In this document: positions 63,681-64,000 of the stretch, one piece after another | Layout: every line of letters starts with the position of its first letter | Numbering within the stretch: the stretch's first letter is position 1 | DNA from: Lama glama | Taxonomy: Eukaryota | Length of the DNA: 64,000 nt | Assembly (NCBI GenBank): GCA_028534125.1 | Contig: CM052818.1 | Coordinates: 31,560,001 to 31,624,000, forward strand | Direction of reading: 5' to 3' | Notes under the pieces: generated by a model | What the model was told of the DNA's origin: nothing | What the model saw: only the letters and a program-made list of their open reading frames with translations | Databases searched by the model: none | Translations under genes and position numbers: made by a program

Positions 63681-64000
63681 GATGGGATTCCCATGGCACA
63701 TTGGGAATGTGGCTAGTTTCAATGTTCAAACTAGATAAAGTCAGAGTAACTCACTAATCTTAATGCCAAAGAACTTACTTGTTAGTGCTATATCTTCTCA
63801 TTAAGCAGAAGGGCACCATCCACATAGCTGCAGGTTTAATCATTAGTGGTCCTCAGTGGTGCTAGTTAAGTTTTAACCACGTAGCAAATTTCACAGAATC
63901 AATGAGTTCAAGGTTGGATGGTGCCCAAGATAATCAAATCTAATTTCTTACCTCATGCTTGAAACCTCTTAAAATAAATCTATAGAAAAAGGAAGACTTT

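Overview
Mammalian genomic DNA containing one complete protein-coding gene on the minus strand: LBH (limb bud and heart development; regulator of WNT signalling). Three coding exons (47918-47893, 45301-45199, 25236-25048) splice at canonical GT-AG sites into a 105-aa protein: MSVYFPIHCPDYLRSAEMTEVMMNTPSMEEIGLNPRKDGLSYQIFPDPSDFDRCCKLKDRLPSIVVEPTEGEVESGELRWPPEEFLVQEDEQDNCEETANENKEQ. The gene has a TATA/GC-box promoter in a CpG island (~46.85-49.0 kb) and a ~2.4-kb 3' UTR ending at an AATAAA at 22676-22671. The rest is intron or intergenic DNA rich in old repeats (L1, L2, MIR, MLT1, hAT/Charlie). I saw no Alu, B1, Bov-tA, PRE or CAN SINEs, and the youngest L1 3' ends look cetartiodactyl, possibly camelid (inference). 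The six-frame ORF track is almost all spurious. I found no evidence of a new multi-gene system. The best leads are: a complete-looking antisense promoter in LBH intron 1; a TCF/LEF motif cluster ~4.7 kb upstream; a CTCF site next to a G4; a weak start codon that could give a Met18 isoform; overlapping 3'-end RNA motifs; a chimeric L1 with a 15-bp TSD inside a Charlie1 transposon; and a short interstitial telomeric repeat. Repeat family names come from recognition by eye and repeat boundaries are approximate.
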